In this document: in pieces, positions 36,990 through 48,859 of the stretch
Layout: the number at the start of each line of letters is the position of its first letter
Numbering within the stretch: the first letter of the stretch is position 1
DNA from: Eledone cirrhosa
Lineage: Eukaryota
Reading direction: 5' to 3'
DNA: 64,000 nucleotides
Assembly (NCBI GenBank): GCA_964016885.1
Contig: OZ024742.1
Span: 255,130,001 to 255,194,000 of the forward strand
Translations under genes and position numbers: made by a program
Notes under the pieces: generated by a model
What the model saw: only the letters and a program-made list of their open reading frames with translations
The model's database searches: none
Told to the model about the DNA's origin: nothing

Positions 36990-39150
36990 GAAAATTCTTA
37001 CATGATAATCTTTTGCGAACTATTGACGAGACTTGTGGATTGAGTAAAGTGCCAGCCAGACAGAGGGTGACCTGGTGGGGAAACAGCACAGTGGATAGAA
37101 GCATTAAAGCCAAGAGACAGGCACAGAACAACTGGAAATATGGGGCTAGCAGAGATCAGTACCAGGTAGCTAAGAGAGAAGTGAGATGACATGAATACAC
37201 AGCTCAGAGAGAGGCTCAAAAGAGAGAGTTCACCAATGTCTTGAGACCCAAGGATCAGAGACATGAAGTCTTCCATATTGCAAGGCAGTGTGTCAGTGTA
37301 AATCGGGATGTTGTTGGGGAAAATGCGTTAGAAATTACACTGGTGCACTCAGCACCACTGATGCTCAAATGAAAGAGGCCTGGAAATGTTGATATGAGAT
37401 ACTGATGAATGTAGAGAATGAATGAGAGGAATAGCAACTACCCCCAACTTACCCAACAGCATAAGAAGATATTGAAGTTGACAATTATAAGGTCAAAGAA
37501 GCAATGAAGGTGATGAAGAATGATAAAGCTGCAGGACCATCACAGATAGTTGTTGAGATGCAAAAAAGATTTGGGATAAGTATGAGTTAAACTAGCAACC
37601 CACATAGTCAAGCAGATAATACAGGACAGTTGTACCCAATGACTGGTGCAGCAGTACAGTCATAGATCACTACAAGGATAAAGGTGATGATCTAGAAAGG
37701 AGCAACTATAGAGGAATGAAACTAATGGATCAAGTTATGAAAGTAATGGAAAGAGTTATAGCACAGCTAATTAGGGAAAGAGTTGGATGAGATGAGATGC
37801 AGTTTAGTTTCATGCCTGGGAAAGGTACTACAGATGCCCTCATTCTAATGAGGCAACTACATAAGAAGTTCCGAGCCAAAAATAAGCCACTATAATTAGG
37901 TTTTGGCCATTGACAGAGTACCTCAATCTATTATCTAGTGGTCCTTAAGGAAATTATGTGTAAAAGAATGGCTTGTGAGAACAGTGCAAGCCATGTACAG
38001 AGAAGCTGTCAGTAAAGTGAGAATAGGAAGTTAGTTTAGTGAGGAATTCAAGGTACAGGTAGGCTTTCTTCAAGGTTCAGTTCTTAGCCTACAGCTGTTC
38101 ATCATAGTTCTCCAGGCCATAAAAAAGGAGTTTAAAACTGGCTGTCCATGGGTACTTCTCTGTGCAGATGATTTGGTCCTTATAGCTGAATCCATAACAT
38201 AACTAGAAAATAAGTTCCAACTAATGAAACAGAATTTGGAATCCAATGGTCTGAAAGTAAACATAGCCAAAATTAAAGTGCTAGTGAGTAGGAGAGAAGA
38301 TAGGATGATGATTCCTTCGGGTAAGTGGCCCTGCTCAATATATATTAAAAGACTAGGCATAAATTCCATATGGTGTACACAATGTAAATCTTGTGTCCCC
38401 AAGAGATCTAGTGAGATACGTGCAACAGAAAAGAAAACTTTGTATGTAGATGCACAGGGGTAATCGAGGACAAGAGGATCAGTGATAAAAACTTTTCCCA
38501 ACTGCACAAATGGTTCATAGAAATGGGTGATAGCTTCTGTTATCTAGGTTACTTAATTAGTAGCAGAGGAGTGTGCTCTGAGAGCATTATAGTTAGAATA
38601 AGGATCCGATGGAAAAAGTTTTGAGATGAGAGCCACACCCTTTGTTGACAACAAAAGGTTTCTCCTTACTTACATAAGGATGGTTGTATGATATATGAGT
38701 ATGAAGAGTGATACTGCATGATAGTGAAACATTGGCTGTGACTGCAAAAGACATGTTGTGACTGGAGAGAAACGAAGCAACCATGCTTCATTGGATGCAT
38801 AATGTTATTGTGAGAGAAAAGTAGAGCTGGGATGAGCTGAGGGAGAAGTGGGTTTAAGAGGAATCCAAAGTGGTGTGCAGAAGAGAAGACTGTGTTAGTA
38901 TGGGCATATCATGAACATGGATGATGATCACTGGGTGAAGAAGTGCCAGGAAATCCCATTGGAAGGAAGCTGCAGTAGAAGTAGACAAAGAAATACTTTG
39001 ACAGAGGTGGTGAGGGCTGACCTTAAATAGCTGAGACTCACAGAGGAGATAACAAAGGAACACAGTAAGTAGAGAGATGCTGTGCTGAAAAGGAGCCATT
39101 CAACCCATGCAAGCATGAAAAAACCGACATATGAAAAATGATGATGATGA
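36990..39150 (+). mobile_element. Decayed RTE-clade LINE
   Basis: Remnants TWWG, NYRGMKLMDQVMK, QFSFMPGKGTTDAL, QGSVLS, CADDLVL, GKWPCSI and ILHDSETL, ending in a (GAT)n tail. Confidence 0.88.
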
Positions 39151-39218
39151 TATATATGTGTGAATGTGTGTGCGACATATGAAAAATGATGATGATGATA
39201 TACACGTGTGTGTATATG

Positions 39219-39290
<72 letters not shown>

Positions 39291-39603
39291 TGAATGAATC
39301 TATGTTAAGGTGTATTGAGGGGAGATAATGCTGGGTCAATGGATCACGTAAATTGAATCATATGAATAAGAAGAGGCCAAAGAAGAATTTCTGTGGAATT
39401 CTTTACAAAAATTTCCAATATGAAACTTAACAGAATAATAAAGACAACAACAACAATAAAATAATAATATAAAAGCAATATATACAATATAAACTCACCA
39501 CTAAAATATAAATATATATATAGAGAGGAATCAATACATAATAACGGAAAATATTCGATGAATATTTTACACACTTTTACACACATATTTATGAATATAT
39601 ATA

Positions 39604-39642
<39 letters not shown>

Positions 39643-39818
39643 AGAGAGAGAGACAGAGAGAGAGGGGGGGAGAGAATGAGAGAGAGACAGACAGAGACAG
39701 GTATATGAGAAATTGATAGATAATATGAGGGATATGTAGGTAGTAGGCAGGCAAATAAATAAATTGACAATGAGATAGACCAACGCACCGATACACAGAT
39801 AAAGAGACATTATATATA

Positions 39819-39857
<39 letters not shown>

Positions 39858-41021
39858 TATCTTTTTCTTTAAATCTCTTTTGTCTATCTTCATATCCCAA
39901 TTTCTATTACTACTTAATTCAAATTTTCATTACTCTTTTGGTTTTCTTTTACTTCCTTTGTTCCTCCTTCTTACCTCCACACCATTCCCCACTCTTCCCA
40001 CAAACATCTCACACTTGGGATAAGTCACCATCCATCCCCCTATAGAGTAGAGAGTTTTCTTCAGTTGAATCAATGAGCAACAACCTCCCTAGTGCTGGTT
40101 CAATGATAAAATTCACCCAATACACACTATAAAGTGGTTGCTACATAGAAGGGCATCGAACCATTAAACATTGTCACAAAAAAGATCAAAATTACTCATC
40201 AGTGGGGTCAAAGATATGACAACCTCCCTAATATTCCACAATACTATGCATCAGTTACATTCTGTAGGATGCAGAAATATATGTAAGCAAGATATGGCCC
40301 CTGCTCCATCTGAGAGGTCAGTAGCTCTGCTTAAGTACTGACTTGGTCTGTGGTAATATGCCCAGCCATTGCTATCTGGGAAAATATTGTTAAATGATGA
40401 TGATGGTGATTTATTCCATATTATTTGTTAAATAATATTAAAAGCATTATCACAATATTCTTTCATTTGTTTTAGTTATTTCACTGCAGTCATGACTAAT
40501 GCTAAGCTTTCTTCTACAAGTTAAGGTGCTACATTGATGACCAGCAGTCACCCATGTATGCCAGTCTCTCCTCTACATGATAGGATTGTCCAAAAGAAAG
40601 GTCAATGCTGGTTTAGCTTGGCACCAGTGTTGTTGCATCTCGCTTTTTCTAGTCGAGTGGATCTGAACAACGTGAAATAAAAATCTTGCCCAAGGAAACA
40701 ATACTGTGATTTTATAAGTGTGAGCCTACCATCCTAATAATTAAATCACACACCTTCCCTTGATTAAAAAGGAGAGTAAAAGAGAGAAAGAGAGAAAGAT
40801 AGAATTAGCATATAGGTTAAAGGAAGAATGTGTACAATAAGCCAAGTAACAGATAAAGGGAGATAGAGAGGCACACACACATACATATATACATACACAT
40901 ACACAGACAGACAAACACACATGTATACACACACATATGCACACGCACATGCTCACAAGCCTGCACCATCTTCCCACACACACATATGCAGACATATGCA
41001 CACACACATATACACACACCC

Positions 41022-41186
41022 CGGTGAATTGGCAGTATTGATAGAGGGTCAGACATGCTTTCCAGCATAGTTACGTCCCTTTACGATCTGAGTTAACTTT
41101 GCCTTTCATCCTTACGGGGTCGATAAAATAAAGTACCAGTAATGTACTGGGTAATTGCTGGCCTTGTGCCAAAAGTAGAAACAATT
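41022..41186 (+). mobile_element. tRNA-derived SINE (internal deletion)
   Basis: Matches 62018-62212. Confidence 0.85.
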
Positions 41187-41519
41187 AATGTAAGGGTTTT
41201 CATTCACCATTTGTTTCTTCCTATTGACAAATGTTAAATACCAATATGAAAATATATATCTCTTTGCTCAAATTCTTTTCTATCCTTTCTCTCTTTCTCA
41301 AATCACAGCTTTCTTTTATTCTTAACATTCTGTAATGATTTGGCAAAATATCTAAAAATAGGTTTGTTAATTCAAGTGTTTATAATATCTTTATTGGCTG
41401 ACAGATCATTGTAAAAATTTGCAATAAACTAAATTAAAGACTTTAATTTTTAATGTGATGTAGTCATAGTGTTGTTTTGTACTTTTCAAGAATGTCTTGC
41501 TAATGTAGTTTCATGTGGT

Positions 41520-41564
<45 letters not shown>

Positions 41565-41737
41565 GTGTGCACACACACAAACTTATATATATATATATAT
41601 ATATGTTTAGAAATTTCGTATTTCTAAAGTCTAAAGAAACATGGTATGTTTACAGGTAAACATTTAGAAAGTCATAGCTATGCAAAAAACACTGGGGCTA
41701 ATGCCCTCTGGTTGTATCCAGCAGAAGCAAGAGGGTC

Positions 41738-41783
41738 AATCGTCAATGCATTTTGTACTTAACTGGTCCTCATCAGGACGATC
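41738..41783 (-). ncRNA. Decayed hammerhead motif
   Basis: Minus strand reads GATCGTC CTGATGA GGAC-cagttaa-GTAC AAAA TGCA TT GACGATT. Confidence 0.65.
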
Positions 41784-42145
41784 CCTCCCATACTTGAGAC
41801 AGCTGGACTTGAAAACAGTCGAGAATATATAGTTTTCTCGTCTGTGTAAATGAGGTGATTAATCTCATTTGCATATGAAGCTGCATAAGTTGGCTCAACT
41901 TAAAATACAATAGAAATAGGATATAGCTTCAGGCCTAGCTGTAAGCAGATATGTATAGAAGTTTCGTATTTCTAAAGAAATACGTTATGTTTAAAGGTTT
42001 AGAAAGCCATAGCTATGCAAAAAACACCAGGCTAACTCCATCGGGTGGTGTCCAGCAGAAGCAAGGTGATTAATCTCATTTACAGAGATGATAAAACTAT
42101 ATATTCTTGACTGTTCTCAAGTCCAGCAGTCGCAAGTGTCCGAGG

Positions 42146-42191
42146 GATCATCCCGCTGAGAACCAGTTAAGTCCGAAATTCATCAACCATT
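42146..42191 (+). ncRNA. Decayed hammerhead motif (paralogue of 41738-41783)
   Basis: GATCATC CCGCTGA GAAC-cagttaa-GTCC GAAA TTCA TC AACCATT. Confidence 0.6.
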
Positions 42192-42522
42192 GTCCCACTT
42201 TCCTCTGCTGGACACCACCGCGAGAGCGTTTTTTGCATAACTAGGGCTTTCTAAATGTTTACCTGTAAACATATCGTGTTTCTTTAGAAATAGGAAATTC
42301 CTATACATATCTGTATACAGCTATGCCTGAAGCTCAATTCTAATTCTATTATATATATATATATTTATATATGTAGAAATTCTATTTAAATTGTTGGGAT
42401 ACAACAAGCAAATATTTTTATAAGTGATATAAAGCACTCAATAAATAATTGTAGCTTCCAACAGTAATGGTCGTATTCTTTAAGGGTATGTCAATATTTA
42501 TTTATAAAACTGCTCTATATTA

Positions 42523-42587
42523 TATTTTATCTGAAGAAAGCACACCATAATTTAACTTGGTGTCCTTGAAATATGTATAATAAAATA
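42523..42587 (+). ncRNA. Minimal type-I hammerhead ribozyme
   Basis: TATTTTAT CTGAAGA AAGcACACCA-taatttaact-TGGTGTcCTT GAAA TATGTA TA ATAAAATA. Confidence 0.8.
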
Positions 42588-42634
42588 AATATGGTTTTAT
42601 AAATATAGTTTCCATTTGTTAATATCGTATATTT

Positions 42635-42741
<107 letters not shown>

Positions 42742-42798
42742 AATATATATATAGTAACGAAACATAAGTCAATTGAATGAACTCATAATCCTTTATTT

Positions 42799-42856
42799 AC
42801 TGCTATATATATATTTCGATGATAGCCATTGAATGACTATGACTTCATCAGGCAGT
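42799..42856 (-). ncRNA. Hammerhead motif with a damaged base of stem II
   Basis: Minus strand reads ACTGC CTGATGA agtcATAGTCAT-tca-ATGGCTATcatc GAAA TATATATA TA GCAGT, followed by AATAAA. Confidence 0.65.
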
Positions 42857-42934
42857 TAGTCAGTTCTTAGATATGCCAGCTCTGTGTTTATGGTGCTGAT
42901 GGTATCAGAGCCTTGGGACATATATATATATGAG

Positions 42935-42974
<40 letters not shown>

Positions 42975-43015
42975 ATATATAAATATATATATTTATATAT
43001 ATATATATATAATAA

Positions 43016-43078
<63 letters not shown>

Positions 43079-43079
43079 C

Positions 43080-43214
<135 letters not shown>

Positions 43215-43290
43215 TACGTTATTCCGGGTTGAATCGGAGGTAACCACAGTAAGTAAGGTACTCAATACATTGCAGAGTATAAAAGTTTTA

Positions 43291-43510
<220 letters not shown>

Positions 43511-43633
43511 TATATATATAATAAGAAATATGTATCGTAGGAGAGTAGGAGTTAGAGAGATCCAGAGAAGTGCGACAGAGTAACTCAGGTCGGCCCCTCA
43601 GGGGGTAGGTTATCATTAGGATGAATAGAAACA

Positions 43634-44719
43634 ATGTGCGCAGCAGACAACAGTCCAACTGCCACAGTAGAAACACCTACCATGGCAGGAACAACCGCAC
43701 CGGCCCAACAACGGAAACGCCGCCGTAATATCCTATGGTTCCTTCCCCTGCACTCTAGGAGTATTGCTTCAAACATACATACAATCTTCTTTGTTGCCTT
43801 GGAGAAAAACTTCCCACCTAACCATAGATACCATAAGATCCTAAACAAGAATAACGTCAAAATATCTTACTCTACTACACCTAACTTAGCTGAGCTTATA
43901 GCGCTTAGTAACCACATGAAGCTCACTAGAATCAAACCATCTTGTAATGCCAATATTAGAACACCCGACAACCTTAATTACTATAACAATACCAATAGCC
44001 ATAATAGCTATAATAGTAACCAGGATAATAATGATAGTAATAATAATAACATCAACAATATTAACATCATAGAGACTAGCCACAGCATTACTAGTAGAAC
44101 TAATAACCAGGATAGGAACCATAGCAGCAAAAACAACAACAGTAGAGGAAATTGTAGTAGTAACAGAAGGAACAACATTGTGTTTCAAAACTATATCTGC
44201 AATAATACCAACAGTGGTAATAATGATGGTAGTGATAGTGGTAATGATAGCAACACCTCTTACCACAATAGAAATAGCAACAAAAAGCATTGCAATTGCC
44301 GAAACCATAACAACTGTCCACTCCAGGGCTACTGCCTGATTAGAAATGTAATCTACAAATGCACAGTGAGGACTAAAAATAGCACTAGGACTTACATAGG
44401 CGCCACTTCCAATGTGTTCAAGACTAGATTTAGATCGCATCGCCACTCTTTTAAGAATAGGAAACTCTGGTTTTCTACCTACCTTGCTAATTATATTGCA
44501 CTATTAATAGAATCTAACGTTAGCTACACAACACAGTTTGGTATAGTAGACCAAGCAACGCCGTCCAACTTTAGGAAGAATTGTCAGCTGTGCCTAATGG
44601 AAACATATTATATAGTAAGCTCACCCCACGAGCTCATTAATAGTAGAGCTGAGACGGTAATAAATTGCAAACACAGGGTACAACACTCGTGCTACAACTG
44701 GTCTCTAGACCAAGGATAA
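43634..44719 (+). CDS. PLE GIY-YIG endonuclease region with a long Asn/Ser-rich insert
   Basis: [30 protein letters not shown], the Asn-rich tract, [23 protein letters not shown]...TYIG, CQLCLME and INSRAE. Confidence 0.85.
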   Translation: MCAADNSPTATVETPTMAGTTAPAQQRKRRRNILWFLPLHSRSIASNIHTIFFVALEKNFPPNHRYHKILNKNNVKISYSTTPNLAELIALSNHMKLTRIKPSCNANIRTPDNLNYYNNTNSHNSYNSNQDNNDSNNNNINNINIIETSHSITSRTNNQDRNHSSKNNNSRGNCSSNRRNNIVFQNYICNNTNSGNNDGSDSGNDSNTSYHNRNSNKKHCNCRNHNNCPLQGYCLIRNVIYKCTVRTKNSTRTYIGATSNVFKTRFRSHRHSFKNRKLWFSTYLANYIALLIESNVSYTTQFGIVDQATPSNFRKNCQLCLMETYYIVSSPHELINSRAETVINCKHRVQHSCYNWSLDQG

Positions 44720-45070
44720 CCTCCTATCCCCACAGTTATTTGCATCACACCATCATTAAGTCCTTCCTACAATAGTTGGGCCTAAATACAGTATTTAATT
44801 AACCAGCCACCTACCTTTTGCCTAAGCACTGCCCATCACCTACTGAGTTAGATCCACCCTGCTAAACCATCCCTTGAGCTGGGATATACAAAATGTTCTG
44901 GGGTGCTTTTCTGCCTTTACACCGTGCAATTACCTCCCTTTGGTGATTATGCCCCTTTCACTGACGCCATTAATATTTTCGTCCACCATGCATGCTGACA
45001 TAAATCTAATGGGAAAATCTTCAACCTGCTCTAACGGTATTTATATTTATTGATGACATTATCTTAACAA

Positions 45071-45116
45071 ACATTTCTCTGAAGAGTCTATGTGGGTGAA
45101 ACATTATGTAAGATGT
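45071..45116 (+). ncRNA. Hammerhead motif at the 3' end of the second PLE
   Basis: ACAttTCT CTGAAGA GTCT-atgt-GGGT GAAA CATTATG TA AGATGT; stem II is rich in G-U pairs. Confidence 0.7.
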
Positions 45117-45165
45117 ATATAAAGAACTTGTTTTAACGGCTTGTAACTCCTTCATTCATTCATTC

Positions 45166-45259
<94 letters not shown>

Positions 45260-45420
45260 AAAATGAGTTATTTGGTTTGTTGATTATTCAACCAAGTTAA
45301 TTTACAACAGATTAGAAACACTAAACGAGTTTTATCCGGAATATCATTAAGACTATCTTCACTGAACTTATAAGATGAAGTTCACATGAAGATATGTCAC
45401 TATCTTTACACCAATTATTA

Positions 45421-45481
45421 TATTTTATCTGACGAAAGCGTACTAAGATATTAGTACCCTTGAAATACGTATAATAAAATA
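45421..45481 (+). ncRNA. Minimal type-I hammerhead ribozyme
   Basis: TATTTTAT CTGACGA AAGcGTACTAA-gata-TTAGTACcCTT GAAA TACGTA TA ATAAAATA. Confidence 0.85.
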
Positions 45482-45525
45482 AATATGGTTTCATAAAGAT
45501 ATTTTCAATTTATCAATATTATTGG

Positions 45526-45609
<84 letters not shown>

Positions 45610-45620
45610 TTTCACATGCG

Positions 45621-47360
45621 CACACCCACAATAACCACTCGCTTATCTGCTGCACACCCACAATAACTAATCACTTACACACTGCACACCCACAATAACT
45701 AATCACTTACACACTGCACACCCACAAGAACTAATCACTTACACACTGCACACCCACAATAACCACTCACTAACCCACTGTACACCTACAATAACTAATC
45801 ACTTACCCAATGTACACCCACAATAAGTAATCACTTACCCACTGTACACCAACAATAACTAATCACTTACCCAATGTACACCCACAATAAGTAATCACTT
45901 ACCCACTACACACCCACAATAATTAATCACTTACCCACTGTACACCCACAATAACCAGTTACTTACCCACTGCACACCCACAATAACCAGTCACTTACCC
46001 ACTGTACACCCACAATAACCAGTTACTTACCCACTGCACACCCTCAATAACCAGTCACTTACTCACTGCACACCCTCAATAACCAGTCACTTACCCACTG
46101 TACACCCACAATAACCAGTTACTTACCCACTGCACACCCTCAATAACCAGTCACTTACCCACTGTACACCCACAATAACCAGTTACTTACCCACTGCACA
46201 CCCTCAATAACCAGTCACTTACCCACTGTACACCCACAATAACCAGTTACTTACCCACTGTACACCCTCAATAACCAGTCACTTACTCACTGCACACCCT
46301 CAATAACCAGTCACTTACCCACTGTACACCCACAATAACTAATCACTTACCCACTGCACACCCACGATAACCAGTTACTTACCCACTGCACACCCACAAT
46401 AACTAATCACTTACCCACTGCACACCCACAATAACCAGTAACTTACCCACTGCACACCCACGATAACCAGTCACTTACCCACTGCACACCCACAATAACC
46501 AGTCACTTACCCACTGCACACCCACAATAACCAGTTACTTACCCACTGCACACCCACAATAACCACTCACTTACCCACTGCACACACACAGCAACCAATC
46601 ACTTACCCACTGTACACCCACAATAACCAGTTACTTACCCGCTGCACACCCACCATAACCAGTCACTTACCCCCTGTACACCCACAATAACCAGTCACTT
46701 ACCCACTGATACCCACAATAACCGTTACTAACCCACTGCACACCCACAATAACCAGTCACTAACCCACTGCACACCCACAATAACCTATCACTAAAACAC
46801 TGCAGACCCTCAATAACCAGTTACTTACCCACTGAACACCCACAATAACTAATCACTTACTCACTGCACACCCTCAATAATCAATCAGTTACCCACAACA
46901 CTCCCACAATAATCAGTGAGTTACCCAAAGGACGACCACAATAGCCAGTCATTTACCCACAACCTCCCCACAATAATCAGTCAGTTACCCAAAGTACCGC
47001 CACAATAGCCAGTCATTTACCCACAACATTCCCACAATAATCAGTCAGTTACCCAAATTGCCCCCACTATTGCTAGTTATTTACCCACAACATTCCCATA
47101 ATAATCAGTCAGTTACCCAAAGTACTACCACAATAGCTAATAATTTGCCCACAATATTGCCACAATATTCAGTTAGTTACCCAAAGTGCCCCCACTATTG
47201 CTAGTTATTTTTTACCCACAACATTCCCACAATAATCAGTCAGTTACCCAAAGTGCCCCCACAATAGCTAGTCAATTACCCACAACATTCCCACATAATC
47301 AGTCAATTACACAAAGTGCTACCACAATAGCTAATCATTTGCCCACAACATTTCCACAAT
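45621..47360. repeat. 32-bp minisatellite (~40 copies) grading into a ~64-bp dimeric repeat
   Basis: The unit is CACACCCACAATAACCAGTCACTTACCCACTG; subunits alternate after ~46890. Confidence 0.95.
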
Positions 47361-47759
47361 AAACCACAATATTCCCACAATACTGTATAACTTAAATACC
47401 AGATATACCCTTGACCAAATATGAAAAACATCTTCTGGTGAGAAATCTTAATTACTAATGTGATTTGAGGAAGATTTTGCTGCTATTTCTAACAAGTTGT
47501 GTGACCAAATAGTGACTCCTTTGTTGGTTGGCGTGATGTTAATATTAAAGACGTTCCAGTCCATTAGGTTTGGGAGGTGGTTATTTGGAATTGAGTGAAG
47601 TGGCTGACTTGTAATCACTCTAGCCAACCATACAACCATATTCATTATCACCGTGGCAACCTGTTAACAACCGGAATTTTATTATGTCACATGACTCCTT
47701 TTAAATTTGAATAATGAAAGCCTGTCAGTAAAGCTGGCTTTTACACCCATTTGATGGCC

Positions 47760-47848
47760 ATGATGATAAAGATGGTGATGGCTAATAATAATAATAATAA
47801 TAATGATTTAATGGTAATGATGGTTTATAATGATGATAATAATGATAG

Positions 47849-47883
<35 letters not shown>

Positions 47884-47967
47884 GTTTAAAATAATGATGA
47901 TAACTGCGATGAGAATAAAACCGAGGATGTTGTTGCAGTTAATGAGAATGAGAGTTATGATGGTTAG

Positions 47968-48001
<34 letters not shown>

Positions 48002-48196
48002 GTTAGTATGGTGATATCGGTAATAATGACGATGGTGATTAGTATGATAATGATAATGATGTTGTTAGTGATAATGTTAAATGTAATGTTAATCATTATG
48101 AATATGTGGTTATGTTCTAGTGGTGGTGGTGGTGGTGGTGGTGTTACTGCTGCTACTGATGAAAATAAGAATAACGATGATGATGATGATGATGAT

Positions 48197-48227
<31 letters not shown>

Positions 48228-48700
48228 TAGAGGAGGGTGAGGTTCAGGTTGATGATGGTAATGATGATTATGATGATCAATGTAAATTTGAAGAGATTCG
48301 ATCATGGTAGTCATAATCACGAAATCATGATAATCATAATCATTATCATCATCATCATCATCATCATCATTATCATCATAATAACAATCCTGTTTAGGAA
48401 GACCCCCACATAGTGAACTCCTCCTCTATTATATTTTCCCATCTTCCTCATCCTCTACCACCACTGTGGTCAAGTAAGTTCCCCATCAGTGCGTCCTTCA
48501 CTAGGAGGCCAATTGTCAAACTTGTAATCATCATCATAATCATGTTCATCATGTTCACCACCACCACCACAGTCATTATCATCATCACCACCATCATCAT
48601 CACAACTATTACTACCACCACCACCAGCAACAGCACCACTACCGCAACCACCATTATCATCACTACCACAACTACCACCACCATCACCACTAATGACTCC
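47760..48700. repeat. Low-complexity trinucleotide tracts (GAT/GGT/GAG, then CAT/CAC)
   Basis: Read directly from the sequence. Confidence 0.9.
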
Positions 48701-48714
48701 ATCTATCTATCTAT

Positions 48715-48846
48715 CCCTCTATTGGGGAAAATCGACTAATTTTTAAATTACATTTGTGATAATATTTTACACGTTTTTATTGTATGTAAACTTCTCCCTT
48801 TGTATTTGTCTCCTTCTTTTGTGCCCCTGTGGCTAATAAAGAAACA
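48715..48846 (+). mobile_element. Isolated 3' UTR of an L1/Tx1-like element
   Basis: CCCTCTATTGGGGA...CCCCTGTGGCTAATAAAGAAAC resembles 54391-54520. Confidence 0.7.
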
Positions 48847-48859
48847 TATCTCTCTATCT

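Larger units (their letters stand above)
41604..42350. mobile_element. Retrozyme-like or PLE-derived non-coding element: ~345-bp unit, partial tandem copy and inverted copy
   Basis: TTTCGTATTTCTAAAG recurs at ~41614 and ~41962. 42064-42350 is a reverse-complement copy, and each full arm carries a hammerhead. Confidence 0.75.
43525..45150 (+). mobile_element. 5'-truncated Penelope-like element (second family) between (TA)n tracts
   Basis: A GIY-YIG ORF and a 3' UTR similar in layout to 35267-35737, with a terminal hammerhead. Confidence 0.85.

Noticed and set aside
45621-47360. CRISPR-like array (32-bp period)
   Set aside because: The units are contiguous with no unique spacers, there are no cas genes and the context is eukaryotic.
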